DNA from: Macrostomum hystrix
Taxonomy: Eukaryota; Animalia; Platyhelminthes
Reading direction: 5' to 3'
Length of the DNA stretch: 64,000 bases
Assembly (NCBI GenBank): GCA_950097015.1
Contig: CATNEN010000001.1
Location: 4,960,001-5,024,000 of the forward strand
The translations under genes were made by a program, and so were the position numbers. Positions 1 through 11,838 of this stretch are shown here, one piece after another; position 1 is the first letter of the stretch, and each line of letters begins with the position of its first letter. The notes under the pieces were generated by a model. The model saw only the letters and a program-made list of their open reading frames with translations. It was not told where the DNA came from and did not search any database.

Positions 1-106
1 TTATTGACATTTTTAGCGGGTCTTCCCTGCCTTCTTCCCTGATTAAATTTAATCTTAATCGACGCTTATGTTTCTCATTTATGACAATCAGAAAATCTAC
101 TTTTAC

Positions 107-1375
107 CATAGACTACAGATCATACGAGTCTGCTTTATACGAAAAGCATACGAATCATACAACCATACCATCCTAGATGGCTCACAGCTACTCTGCTACA
201 ACTAGCACACAGAGAATCTTGGACTTCTTAAACTTTAATCCTATGAAATACTTCGGGTATTCCCATCAACTTCAAACTTCACCCGCTGTCTTGACCCACT
301 AGAAGACAGCGCGGGTTGTCGACCTAATGTATTTTGTAGCTTACCTGGTGCTTTACAAAATAGCATGTAAAGTAATAGTGCATATTTACGGTTACTTTTT
401 AATTAAAAATGAAATCTAAACTAGTGCAACTTGACCTTATTTTTTTGTTGTAAATGTTGCTTTGCAAATAAAAAGGCTATTAATAATCATTAAGGTTTGG
501 GACTCGACCTAAAGGATATTCGACAAAGAGATCTAGAATTTTGAAGCGAACACTTCGATGATGATGCCTACACTTGCCCACCAGAAATGCGGAACGATGC
601 AGGAGTGCAAAGATGTTGCCGCAATTGTTTTCAGATGCAACCCATCATTTACGCTCGTGTCGAAGCGTCGAGGCCGAAGCCGACAACGTCTAGAAAATTT
701 ATTTTAACCAGTGATATGTCATTTGATCAACACGTTACTTGCGATACACATAAAAACTGTGTTCAAGCTCCTGCCACTACAATGTGACCAGCTGTATGCG
801 CAAGTCGAAGCAAGCCAAGAAAACGGTTGCAAAAGCCAGACAACGGAAGAACGAGGGCCGACAAGTTGCTATCATGAAGCTACGGCAAAAAGTCGACAAG
901 CTACTTGCACAGCGCACGATTGATCAAGGGCAGATCGGAAGAGTTTTTGCAAATAAGCTTGAAATGCGAAACAGCGCGAGGAATGCGGTGGAGGGCGAAA
1001 GACGTTGCTATTGCGATTCAACTGGACCACAAAAGCCCTGCGGCCAACCGGCTACTTAAACGGGACTTCTTCATTCGGGAATTTCATTACATTCTTTATG
1101 AAAAGCCTACAGACAGCTGCGTGCAACGCTTCTGCTCGAAGAAAAACTTAAAATACTGTAGGACAGCGCAAGTCTTAATATACGTTGCATACACTATGTT
1201 TCTTGTGTATAATAATGTAACGGATCTTAATGAAACAGCTGAAAATAATATATGTTCATTGTCCAGTTCTATAAGCGTTTGTCTTAACTTTTATTACGCA
1301 ATTCATATGGATGACTTCATTCGCAATTCAATTCTAACATGGTCGCTAGTCAGTGCTTTTAGAAATTTGTCTATG
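107..1375 (+). mobile_element. Degenerate P-element/THAP9-like transposon remnant
   Basis: Frameshifted THAP-like C-terminal piece (SEHFDDDAY..., ~540-650), followed by ARGMRWRAKDVAIAIQLDHKSPAANRLLKR (~975-1065), which resembles the GxRW...LxxxSPxAYxxL segment of P/THAP9 transposases. Bounded by inverted CATAGAC (107) and GTCTATG (1375). No clean TSD. Confidence 0.55.
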
Positions 1376-1599
1376 GTAAAAACTATTGCAACATTTGGAT
1401 TTCACTCTATAAGTCTGTGATTCTAGCGTCACTTCTGGATAATGTCCACAATATATATTTAGAAGAACAGCATGCCACGTACTGTGAAAATACAATAAAA
1501 TACAACAATCCGCAGTAACAAAAAAGGTGACGAGAAACACTAGGAAATACAGTCAGATTTCCTATTTCAACATTGCTAAGGTCAAAACCGCTTAGTTCT

Positions 1600-2480
1600 A
1601 AAAATTTGGGCTTGTGTCAGCTGCACATTAACACTCACAAACTGACGAAAATGTTTTTTTCCATTTGGATTAGCGCTTGCTAAGATGACCGCCTCCTGGA
1701 CCATTGAGCTCTTGATGTTGACTGGGCAGACGCTTGTGCTGACTGCTGGGCTATCTGTTGTACTGGCTGATCGGCATGCGCTCGTAATAGCATGGACATC
1801 TGAAACTGGTGTCGTGATTTTCTCCATGTCAAGTACCTTGGTTAAGGCGTCGCTGCACTTCTGTAGCACCTTGTCACGCCTCGTTGAGAGATATCGGCTA
1901 ACATTCTTTGCGCACTTCTGGCCGGTTATCGCCACGATGTCGGCCATGGGATGCCCAGCTGCCTCCAAGTCGCACACCCTGGTGGCTCCAACATAGTGGG
2001 CAAAAGTTATCGCACAATTACGCTCGCAAAAGCATCTTGACACACAGATAAAATTGCCCAAGGCAAACTTAAGCTACACGTTTCAGGCATGGCTATATAC
2101 CTGATGCAGTACATTTTGTGTACACTTTGTACACTTGTAGCTTGGGCTTCTATGTATTAGGCCAGAAAAACTGATGGTTTTTTTAAATTGATAACCTTAT
2201 ATCTTATGTACATTAGCATACGATTGTTTACATATACATATATTTAGTATACAGTATACTCGGAAGTATATATTTTTACACATGTACATATTCATATGCG
2301 AGCGTACATGTATTACAACAAAAAACATCCGATTTTCTGGCAGCCAATCAGCCAGATTTTGCCTCCACTATTTGCCTCTTTGCGCGTCGATTCGGGAGCC
2401 GCAGCGTCAATTCTCTCAGCAACCCCGTCAACAGGCACTAAAGCCAATTTTCAAGGCTGTTCTCTTGATTGAACTTCAGC
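1600..2480 (-). mobile_element. Crypton-type tyrosine recombinase remnant (DUF3504-like)
   Basis: ORF 1582-2061 contains LGNF...FAHYVGATRVCDLEAAGHPMADIVAITGQKCAKNVSRYLS...QKCSDAL, matching the NHSLRAT...L..AG.....I...TGHK....L..Y pattern. Frameshifted IDAAAPESTRK...W...LADWL at ~2330-2415 resembles the Crypton N-terminus. Catalytic R and H positions are substituted. Confidence 0.6.
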
Positions 2481-3005
2481 CAACCAGTCTAAGCTAGGTC
2501 GCAGTCATCCCTCATGTTACTCATTGATACGACTTGTTTACTATTCAACATGGATAAAAACTCCTTATAGTCGTTGTGGGAAGCTATGGATAAAATTAAA
2601 GCGATCGAATGTCACAATTGTGACAGCAACAACTCTCCAACAGACAATGTGGTTAAAAGTTCAATAGTTCAACAGGGACATTTTGTCACCGATATAATAT
2701 CGAGAAATAACCGACAATTAATATATAGTTATTCATTAAAATTTTGTAAAAAGTAATTGTTAGACATTGTATGATATTTGAAAACACGTTTAAATATTGG
2801 AACTAATCTACAAGCAGGAATTTTTAAAAAACATCAATAAAACAAAATGTTGACAATTAAACATCGCAAGCGGAGTTTATCGATAAAATTGCGCGTAGTC
2901 AGATGTTAAAAAATGTGGATATAAACATCATTGCGCCATTGATTTCGTGATTGATCACGGTAATCAAGCTTTTAGCTTTGCAAGGATGCTTTTGCCCAAG
3001 CACTA

Positions 3006-5042
3006 TCATGCATTCTCCGGCTTGAAGGCTTTGTTTGAATGCGCCACAGGGACTGGCAAATCCTCTGGCTTTACTTCGATCTCAATGTTCTCCTGTTTGG
3101 TTTCGTCTGGCGGTACGTAGAGCACCGCGGCAAGGATCAGGAACAAAATCTCTAGGCCTTTGAGCACGGCTGCAAAGATTAACACCATGACCCAGAAGCT
3201 CTGGCCGTTATAGAAGCTGCAGGAGCCCTGGAGACCGCAGCCACCGGTCCACAGGCTACAGGTGCTGTCGATGAGTTTTCCCAGTACCAGAGGTCCTGGA
3301 ATACTGCCCAGCAGTCTGAGGATCATCCACTGCAATCCCAGGCCGAAATCCTTCAGCATTGCCGGAATCACACGCATTGTGCACTGTAGCGTGGGAATCG
3401 TGATGAAGAATATCCCGAACAGGAAGAAGCCAATCATAGCTAGAAGGATGGGCATCTTGTTGCAACTAGAATCCTTGCAGGTGCCTTCAGTTGCGGAGTA
3501 GTTGGCTCCGCTGACTGTGATTTGTCCGGAGATGCAGCTGCAGTTTTGATAGTACTTTGTGCCGTCAATCAGGGTGCCATTGTTCTGACAGCCAGCGTAG
3601 CACGGGGAGTAGTAGATGATCGAGTCGGCACCGCAGAGAGGACTGTACATGAACTTGCTCTCCTGACAGTTGCAGTTCATGTTGCAGGTCGCATTCAACG
3701 AATTGGGCTGATTCGGCGTCAGTGTGTAGTCGCGATTGATGCCAGCAAAGCTTTGCAGATCGCATTTTGCCAACAAGCCCAAACCGAAGAGTATATCAAC
3801 AGCGGCCACCCCGGCACACATCCAGAGCAGCCGACGCACGGACAAATCTGTGAACCGGATCACAAGGCCACCAACGAGCAGACCGATGGCTGCACTGGGC
3901 ACAGACACCAAACCGATCGTGAGTGTTGCGGTGCTAGCGCTCACGAAAAACAAAGTTTGCAGCATTTTCGGGCCAAAGGTTGACAATCCTGCGACGAGAA
4001 TGGCATCTGCGGCTCCACTCAGGGAGATAAAGATGAACACCGGATTGCTCAGGATGATTCTGACGGACGGGCAGAAGTTTTTGACGTTCAATTCCATTTC
4101 GCTGACCTTCTCCCCGGAATTTCCGTGCGTCTCCTGCTTCTTTTCGTGCTGAATGCGCGCGGATCCGGGGAAGCTCTTTGGAAATCCGAACATTGGAATC
4201 ACGATGAAGAATGATAGTGCACCGGAGATCAAGAAGCCAATCCACCAGGCCCCAACCCATAGGCTGGTGTTGTTGGTGGTGAGATCTGTCGGCGTGATGC
4301 CCGGTTCGACGAAGATGTTCAGGAATATTCCTCCTAGAAGGTAGCCCATAGCCGGTCCGATCAGGCTCATTGTGTAGTAGGCGCCAAGAAAGGCGCCCGA
4401 CTGCTGAATGGTCAGGTTGTCATCAAGGTAGGCTACAGCCAGAGTGTACAGCGGAGACGCACCGACGCCATGAAGGAACTGGCCAAACCAGAACACAAAC
4501 TTGTAGTTGTTAAGGGTCTGCTTGTTGCAGAAGTTCGGATAGGTCTTTCCAGTCAGGTAGCACAGAGGCGACACCGGGCTCTCGTAGTTGTACGCGTCCG
4601 TTGAGAACTGCGGAATGGTGAAGACGAACGAGCCGACGCCCATGATGAGCAGTCCGATGGAGATCAGCCGGCTGCGACGGTAGCGGTGTCCGATATAGGT
4701 GACGGGCACGAGGCACAGCACACTGCCAATGTCGTACATGGACGCAATAAGACCGCTCTCAGACGAGCTGAGGTCATAGCGCAGCTCCAGAGTTGTGAGC
4801 ACAGAGTTCACGAAGCCGTTGACAACCAGGCCCTGGGTGAAACTGCTCAGGCAGAGCCACACGAGCAGGCACGACGGTCGAGCGAAGCACTGGCAGCATA
4901 TCAACTGGCTCTTTGGATGCCAATTGCAGGCTACTTCTTCCGGATCGTCCCTGAACTCATCGTCCTCGGCTGTCGTTTCCTTCGCTGAGTTGCCATCGAT
5001 TGGCCCCGTTGGCTCTACAGATCCGTTTTTATCGATTTTCAT
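3006..5042 (-). CDS. Organic anion transporting polypeptide (SLCO/OATP, OATP4-like), 678 aa, intronless CDS
   Basis: Multi-TM MFS-type protein with the OATP signature WVGAWWIGF, TTLELRYDLSSSESGLI, a Kazal-like loop (CNMNCNC...SPLCGADSIIYYSPCYAGC) and GKLIDSTCSLW. The track start at 5111 is TTG with an in-frame TGA just upstream; the first ATG is at 5042. Probable 5' UTR intron (donor ~5345, acceptor ~5133). Confidence 0.95.
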   Translation of the reverse strand: MKIDKNGSVEPTGPIDGNSAKETTAEDDEFRDDPEEVACNWHPKSQLICCQCFARPSCLLVWLCLSSFTQGLVVNGFVNSVLTTLELRYDLSSSESGLIASMYDIGSVLCLVPVTYIGHRYRRSRLISIGLLIMGVGSFVFTIPQFSTDAYNYESPVSPLCYLTGKTYPNFCNKQTLNNYKFVFWFGQFLHGVGASPLYTLAVAYLDDNLTIQQSGAFLGAYYTMSLIGPAMGYLLGGIFLNIFVEPGITPTDLTTNNTSLWVGAWWIGFLISGALSFFIVIPMFGFPKSFPGSARIQHEKKQETHGNSGEKVSEMELNVKNFCPSVRIILSNPVFIFISLSGAADAILVAGLSTFGPKMLQTLFFVSASTATLTIGLVSVPSAAIGLLVGGLVIRFTDLSVRRLLWMCAGVAAVDILFGLGLLAKCDLQSFAGINRDYTLTPNQPNSLNATCNMNCNCQESKFMYSPLCGADSIIYYSPCYAGCQNNGTLIDGTKYYQNCSCISGQITVSGANYSATEGTCKDSSCNKMPILLAMIGFFLFGIFFITIPTLQCTMRVIPAMLKDFGLGLQWMILRLLGSIPGPLVLGKLIDSTCSLWTGGCGLQGSCSFYNGQSFWVMVLIFAAVLKGLEILFLILAAVLYVPPDETKQENIEIEVKPEDLPVPVAHSNKAFKPENA

Positions 5043-6896
5043 CGCTATTGTTGCTGACACCTGGTATTCGGGATATTTACAATGAGGTACAGGTATTGTA
5101 GAGGTATACAACGATTGTCAGCTTTTCTTGTCCTACGTGCATAGGGGCAATAGTTCTAACTAGGAAAACCACCTAGGCCTCTCAAAAGGATTCTAATGAT
5201 TTATTCTAGAGCTGGCATTTCCGGTCTCGAATTCTGTTGTGCCTACCTGTCTGTTTGTGCTCGAATGGTTTTTTAGCCTTTAAAAGCTGTGTTAGCCTCT
5301 TGCTAGAATGTAATCCAAGAGTGTAAAAGACCTTGAAATACTCACCTTTTCTGAGCAACTCAGACTAAAACGATCCGATAGTTGATATTCGCTGCTTCAG
5401 CAATTTGCAGACCATTCGGCTCTGCCCTCACATCTATTATATTGTGTACGAGCTATAATACGGCGCGGTGCTCACAGGCACCCAAATCAGCGGGGAAAGT
5501 ACATTTGAGAAAGTGGGCGCACGTGGTGAGCGTATGTGAGTGCGTGTGTAGTGCTGGCAAATTTCAAAGTAGCTGCTATAAGCTGTTCTGTGAGAATCGC
5601 AGCTGGTTTTAAAGGCAGCGGGAGGGCGCGAGTGAAGCCCTTGGATTTGCACTCCGTGCTACTAGCCACCCTGCTAGCCGTTTCTCATCGCTCTATAGCT
5701 CGTATATCCATATTTCACATTAGATTTTCTTATAGGGTCTGTTTGGCCGTTTGGAGTGCTCCATGTTTAGTGACGGAGTGTTGCCCTAGACCCGTACACA
5801 GCTCACGTTTACCTATTCTGAACTATTTTTAGAAACGGCTATAAGAATGGCGTGCCACGCTGATGCATGGGAAATGGCAATAATGCTTGTTGTTTTAGTC
5901 GACTCTAAACTGTAGACCTTCTGTCTATAGTTCTAGCGCTGTGCTGGGGCTGTTTGGGGGCGACAGATGGCTTCGTTCGCGACTAAAACCTCAAAACCAC
6001 CCCCTCTCACCTAATCACACTCCGCTTTCCTCACAACGTGCTAGCCGACTCTCTTCTTCATTTTCTTCATTTCTTTATTGGTTTTGAAACTGCTGCAGTT
6101 CTTCATTGTCTTGGTAATAGGTGTCTCTTCGACTACAATGGGTTTAACTAACTTGTAAAATAGGATAATAAAACTCATATGGAAATGAATTGTTGGAAAT
6201 GAATTTATTGAGCCCGTTGAAATTATTTTACTAGGTTTGTTTTGATTATATAAAACTGTACAACTGCATATTTTGTTTTAGCCCTATATTTCCCTTTTAT
6301 CGCCTCATATGCCTAGCAATGAGTTCTTAAAACGTAAAAAATATCCTAACAAATATGATCTTCCCAAATGCTAAAAGAGCTTTGACAACGCTTCGCGAGA
6401 GTATTGTTACATGGCTTATTGGAATCCTGGCTCATAGATTTATAGTATTGATCAACTGTGACGAGTGGTGGCCTGGTAATACCACAATCCGACGATGAGA
6501 AAGTCAAGGTAGCTGCCAGACAGAAAATAATTAAACAAAGTAAAACATCGTTCTAGATTACTGGCTTTGAGTAGTAGTGTAACAAGCTCACTGAAATCTG
6601 CTATTTGAAAAACATTAGCTAGTAAATAGTTTTGTTAGAAGTGAAAGGTAAGCGGCTAATGCTTCTGTACAAAGATGTTTTTTGGAAAATAATAGATGCA
6701 AAATCGAGACCCAAGCATTGTTGATCAGTCGTATTTTTAGGACATTGTTTCGCTGATAACAAAAAGGGATTTTTTTCAAGGGAAGCTACTTTTACAGGGA
6801 CTCCCATTTAAATTCTTCCGACAAACAGCGTGCTGCATTACTCAATTTACATGATGAGTCCATTCTAGACCTGAACTCATCCGACAAGACGTGAGC

Positions 6897-7517
6897 GAGT
6901 GACTGATAGAATGATTAGATGAGGTAGAGTGACTGATAGAATGATTAGATAAGGTAGAGTGACTGATAGAATGATTAGATAAGGTAGAGTGACTGATAGA
7001 AGGACAAGATGAGGTAGAGTGACTGCAAGAATGACAAGATGAGGTAGAGTGACTGCAAGAATGACAAGATGAGGTAGAGTGACTGCAAGAAGGACAAGAT
7101 GAGGTAGAGTGACTGCAAGAATGACAAGATGAGGTAGAGTGACTGCAAGAAGGACAAGATGAGGTAGAGTGACTGCAAGAATGACAAGATGAGGTAGAGT
7201 GACTGCAAGAAGGACAAGATGAGTTAGAGTGACTTCAAGAATGACAAGATGAGGTAGAGTGACTGCAAGAATGACAAGATGAGGTAGAGTGACTGCAAGA
7301 ATGACAAGATGTGGTAGAGTGACTGCAAGAATGACAAGATGAGGTAGAGTGACTGCAAGAATGACAAGATGAGGTAGAATGACTGCAAGAATGACAAGAT
7401 GCGGTAGAGTGACTGCAAGAATGACAAGATGAGGTAGAGTGACTGCCAGAATGACAAGATGAGGTAGAATGACTGCAAGAATGACAAGATGAGGTAGAGT
7501 GACTGCAAGAATGACAA
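6897..7517. repeat. 30-bp minisatellite, ~20 copies (GAGTGACTGCAAGAATGACAAGATGAGGTA)
   Basis: Direct tandem periodicity of 30 nt; the first 3-4 units are a variant (GATAGAATGATTAG). Confidence 0.97.
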
Positions 7518-8472
7518 GGTGAGAAATATTGTGCCATTTTCTGGTTTTTATGGAGCCTCGTAAGAGAGAGGTTGAGCTGAAAAAGCAACATGAAAGAAAC
7601 CCGCTTTGGTATTTTGCCAGATGATTGGGTCCAGATAGGACAGAAATAGCATAGCAGAGAAGTCATTGACAGTTTTTAGTGTGTTTGTTTCGAGCAGGTT
7701 GTGTGGGCGGATTTTTTTTTGAAAAAAATTTAGAAAAATATCTTTTATTCTAGAAAATACAATTGTTTAAAAAATGCTAATTCCTCATTGTTTCGTCATC
7801 CCATTGACTGTCTCGTGCAGCAATGGCATATAAAATTTATTTGAAGTTATCCAGTTCATATATATATATATATATAGCTAATTAGGCAATTATAATTAAA
7901 ATTAGTAATTTATGCTTATTTACTTTAGAAACTAACAATTTAGTCAATACAATATAGTCCAAAATGGTCGTTGTAAGCACATAAATAATGTCAATGTTAG
8001 TCGCTTTTGCCACCAGACGACGAGAATCGTTGAATATATCGACGATGCCGATACTTTGTGATTCCTGGAAGTTGGTTAATCAATCAAACAGAACAGAGCG
8101 TTGTGTCAGAATTGTCAATAAATTGTCTTCACGGGCGGATATTACGAGCCGTACTTTAGATTTTCAAATTTATCGCCTTAATTAGTCACGTTTTAACCAA
8201 ATATCCTGACGAGTTTTTAGGTAGAAAAACCGGAACTCGTCGCGCAGTCAGGATGACGTATAACTTCAAAAGCTCTCCCAGCTTCCACTCGCAGGATATT
8301 TCAGGTGAGAAATCAATTTTTACTTTGATTTATTCGCATAGCTGACTTGCGCAAATGTACGTTGTATATAATATTTCAGTTTTTTATCCTGCATTTAATA
8401 TAGGATCATTCTTCGGCAACTGTCTATGGCCAAACCCATGGATGATAAGGGGAGCATTGGTTTTAAGACAAT

Positions 8473-8760
8473 AGGCCGTATGAATAAAATGAGCTTCTTC
8501 TCAAACTTAAGAAAATTCTCAGGTTATTATGAATTAAATGTGTTGATACTCACGAGCAAATGCTCACACGTCATTCTCAGAGAGTTTGCCCCTCGATCTC
8601 GAGAAAAATCTCGATAGTTGAGTCAATACTCAGATCTGTATGAATAAACATTGACCATAGACTAAATTTTAAGGGATCTTGCTCAGCAAAAGTTGAGTCT
8701 CCTCCGTAGCAGACTCACTGGTGGAGAAGCATCTACGCATTGCCCAAAGCTGCATGTTGC
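8473..8760 (+). mobile_element. Diverged Harbinger-family TIR, related to the adjacent element
   Basis: Starts AT|AGGCCGTATGAATAAA and aligns co-linearly with 8771-9059 (GAGCAAATGCTCA, GAATAAAC...CCATAGAC, TTGAGTC) with many substitutions. Confidence 0.7.
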
Positions 8761-8770
8761 CACTGTTAAT

Positions 8771-10717
8771 AGGCCGTATGAATAAAGTGAGCAATTGCTC
8801 AAAGTCTACGAAATTCTCAATTCAGAATGAATAAAGTGAGTGCTTGCTGCTGAGCAAATGCTCAGCATGATTGTCTCAAGAGTTAGTGTTCACCCCTCGA
8901 GCAATTGCTCTGTGACTGAGTAGAGACTCGCGTCAGCAAGAATAAACTCTGGCCATAGACAAATGTCTGAAGCATTTGCTCGCGTTTTCTTGAGTCAAGT
9001 CGGCAGCCTGCTCAGCGCCTATTCAGCATCATAGTTTCCCACTGCTCTGTTAGCATGGCGAACGAAAATCTCATCGTTTTCTTCTGGAGTCGACATTTTT
9101 TCATACCATGTATGGCCGCCAATGGAAGAAGTTTATTACTGCACTGGTGCAATCACAACTGATAGCAGCAATAAACTATAAACATTTTCACTATGTTATT
9201 TATCAGTTTTTTATTGTCATTAATTCTTACCTGCTATTCGTTTGACAAATAATGTACAATAAAAGTGACTCAATGACTGTCAACTCAATCGCTGGAACTG
9301 GAACAAGTGAATAAGTGAATGGAACGATACTATATATAATTAGTAAGTAAGTCGTCACGAACAAGCAGCTGCAAATGCGACTTAGACCGTATGAATAAAG
9401 TGAGCAATTGCTCATGAGTAAATCATCTAGGCAGCATGTTTGCATCATGATCTGGCCAATTTCCAATCGGCGTCTTATGCCGGCCGCCCTGCGTTGATCC
9501 GCGGTAGCATCGTTGTGTTCCTCTAACTCCAGAACATCCAAGTCAAAGTCAACAGCTTCATTTTCTGTTGCGCGATCTTTCAGTTCCTTCGCAATGTTGT
9601 GTAGCACGCAGCACGCCAAGATGTAAGTTGGCACCCGCTCCAGACTCACTCTAACCATGTACTGCAGAATGGGAAATCTTCGCTTTAGCTGGCCGAATGC
9701 GTTTTCGACTACCACGCGGGCTCTAGAGTGAGCAGCATTGAAATTCCTCTCCAACGGGATGTTATGATCGCTGAATGGCTTCATCAGAAACAGCGCAATG
9801 CCATAGCCTTCGTCACCAAGCAAAACGATACCCTGGCGATTGGTCAAGTCCGCATAGATGCCGGAGTTTTTGAAAATGCGGTGGTCATGCGCTGACCCAG
9901 GCCACGAGGCGTCAATGCTTGTAAACTTGCACTGGACGTCGCGCGTTGCTTGGACGTTGATGGATGCAAACCCCTTCCGATTGACGTACTCGTTTCCGAT
10001 CATCCCACCGGGCTTCTCTATGCGTACGTGGTGCAGTCAATCGGCCCAATAGCAGCGGGATACTTGAATCGTTCGAACCACTCCTGCTTTGCGTCATGAA
10101 TAGTAATCGGAGTCTCGGTTGGCCACTTGATCCCGGAGCTTGCATCCGTGCAAACACTTTGCACCACTTCCCATGCAGTCTTTGAAACAGTTGTCTGATG
10201 AACACCGAATTCGTTCGCGATGCCGCTCTGAGATCCAGGATTCGCAAAGTACCTAAGGGTCATTTCCATTCGCTGCATCGGTCACCAAGAAATCGCTGCG
10301 CTAGAAACTCCACGCTCGCACGCGAAAAGCGAAACAACCTTCTGTATTCATCCTCGCGAAAAGCATGCGATCGTACGTCTCTCCAAGTACACTTTCACTT
10401 GGGCAGGTGCCTTTACTGGAAGAAACTCAGCCATGCTAACAGAGCAGTGGGAAACTATGAGCTGAATAGGCGCTGAGCATGCTGCCGACTTGACTCAAGA
10501 AAACGCGAGCAAATGCTTCAGATATTTGTCTATGGCCAGAGTTTATTCTTGCTGACGCGAGTCTCTACTCAGTCACAGAGCAATTGCTCGAGGGGTGAAC
10601 ACTAACTCTTGAGACAATCATGGTGAGCATTTGCTCAGCAGCAAGCACTCACTTTATTCATTCTGAATTGAGAATCTCGTAGACTTTGAGCAATTGCTCA
10701 CTTTATTCATACGGCCT
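8771..10717 (-). mobile_element. PIF/Harbinger-superfamily DNA transposon with ~289-bp TIRs and a frameshifted HARBI1-like transposase
   Basis: TIRs 8771-9059 and 10430-10717 are near-perfect inverted copies starting AGGCCGTATGAATAAAG, with AT on both flanks. Transposase pieces 10434 to ~9420: YRRLFRFS, TLRYFANPGSQ..IANEFGVHQTTVS, IGPIDCT, YVNRKGFASINVQ, WPGSAHD, LLGDEGY, FNAAHSRARVVVENAFGQLKRRF, ACCVLHN. Confidence 0.93.
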
Positions 10718-11254
10718 ATTCGGTAAAAAGTGAATAGAATTTTTTTCTATTTTCTATTTTCTCTTTTGATGTGATTTTAGATTTAGGATATATTTTTTGA
10801 CTGTCAAACCTTGTGAAGACGTCTTCAAATAAGATTGTTCATTTCAGAAATTATTGAATATTTAGCTGTTGCATTTTCCCCAATTAAAAATTGATGCCAC
10901 TAACAAACGAAAAACGACTTGTTCAGAATAAAAACCCGATATTAAATTTAGAAGCTATCTAGTTAGTCTCTTTTCTGCCTAAAAAACCCAGTCGATTTGT
11001 CGTATAATGGTTGATGTAAATCTCAGAATTCGTGCATACGGTACCGGGGTTTTGATCGAGATAAATAAAATGAGAAAGCAAGCGTGCCATCCAGCATCAA
11101 TACAGATACCGCGGACGATGAAAAAAATAATTAGGCTTTAAACAGGTGCTAAACAATTCAAATAAATTTGATTCTAAAAACTTTAAACTTCAACCGATAA
11201 ACTATGGTTCAAGTCATAAAATGCATCTAGTACAGCATGGCTTTATCTGGCTAA

Positions 11255-11553
11255 GGTTGTAGCCTAGTGGTTAGGGCGTCGGACTCACGACTTGAAGGTC
11301 GGGGGTTCGATTCCCGACTCCACTGGAACAATTTGCGTCCTTTAGCAAGACACACTTAACTCTGCATTGCTTCAGTTCAACCAGCTGTTAAATGGGTACC
11401 AGCATCAGCTGGGATAATTGAAGGTGGGTGTGGCGTCCCCCCAGTCCATGGACTGAACAGCTGTACGCAGCCTTCAGATGCGCCGCGCATTAGCTGCGGC
11501 TGTGCTGTCGGCTGCACATCTGACCCAATTGGGGCAGGTGTAATAATAAAAAA
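11255..11553 (+). mobile_element. Full-length tRNA-derived SINE, family A (CORE-like central domain)
   Basis: tRNA-like head with A box (TAGCCTAGTGG) and B box (GGTTCGATTCC); CORE-like GTCCTTTAGCAAGACACACTTAACTC...CTTCAGTTCAACCAGCTGTTAAATGGGTACC; TAATAATAAAAAA tail; 10-bp TSD ATCTGGCTAA (11245-11254 and 11554-11563). Confidence 0.9.
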
Positions 11554-11838
11554 ATCTGGCTAAAAACATGACTTCTTCTCGCGTCTGAAAAGTGATCTGT
11601 GGTGAGCGCAGTCAATAAGAATCACTTGAGGCATTCTTGTATTTTGACCAACTGGCTTTGGAACCAATGAGAGAGGACCTGCTGAATCGCACGCCATCAC
11701 CCACTCACACATCTCATTCGTTCCAGGTATTTATATCAGCGTCGTTCGGTGTCAATCGTTCCTCTCTTTCACTTTTCAACTAGGAGAATCGATCTGAAGC
11801 TTTTTACCAATCCTTTCCTTGAAAAGCCCCCGGTCGAG

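Noticed and set aside
6975-7666. ORFs with repeating SFLQSLYLIL / SCHSCSHST
   Set aside because: Translations of the 30-bp minisatellite; no coding context.
11255-11330. tRNA-like sequence (CAC at the anticodon position), also at 30196, 17483 and 27180
   Set aside because: No proper acceptor stem; continues into a SINE body with tail and TSD, so it is a SINE head and not a tRNA gene.
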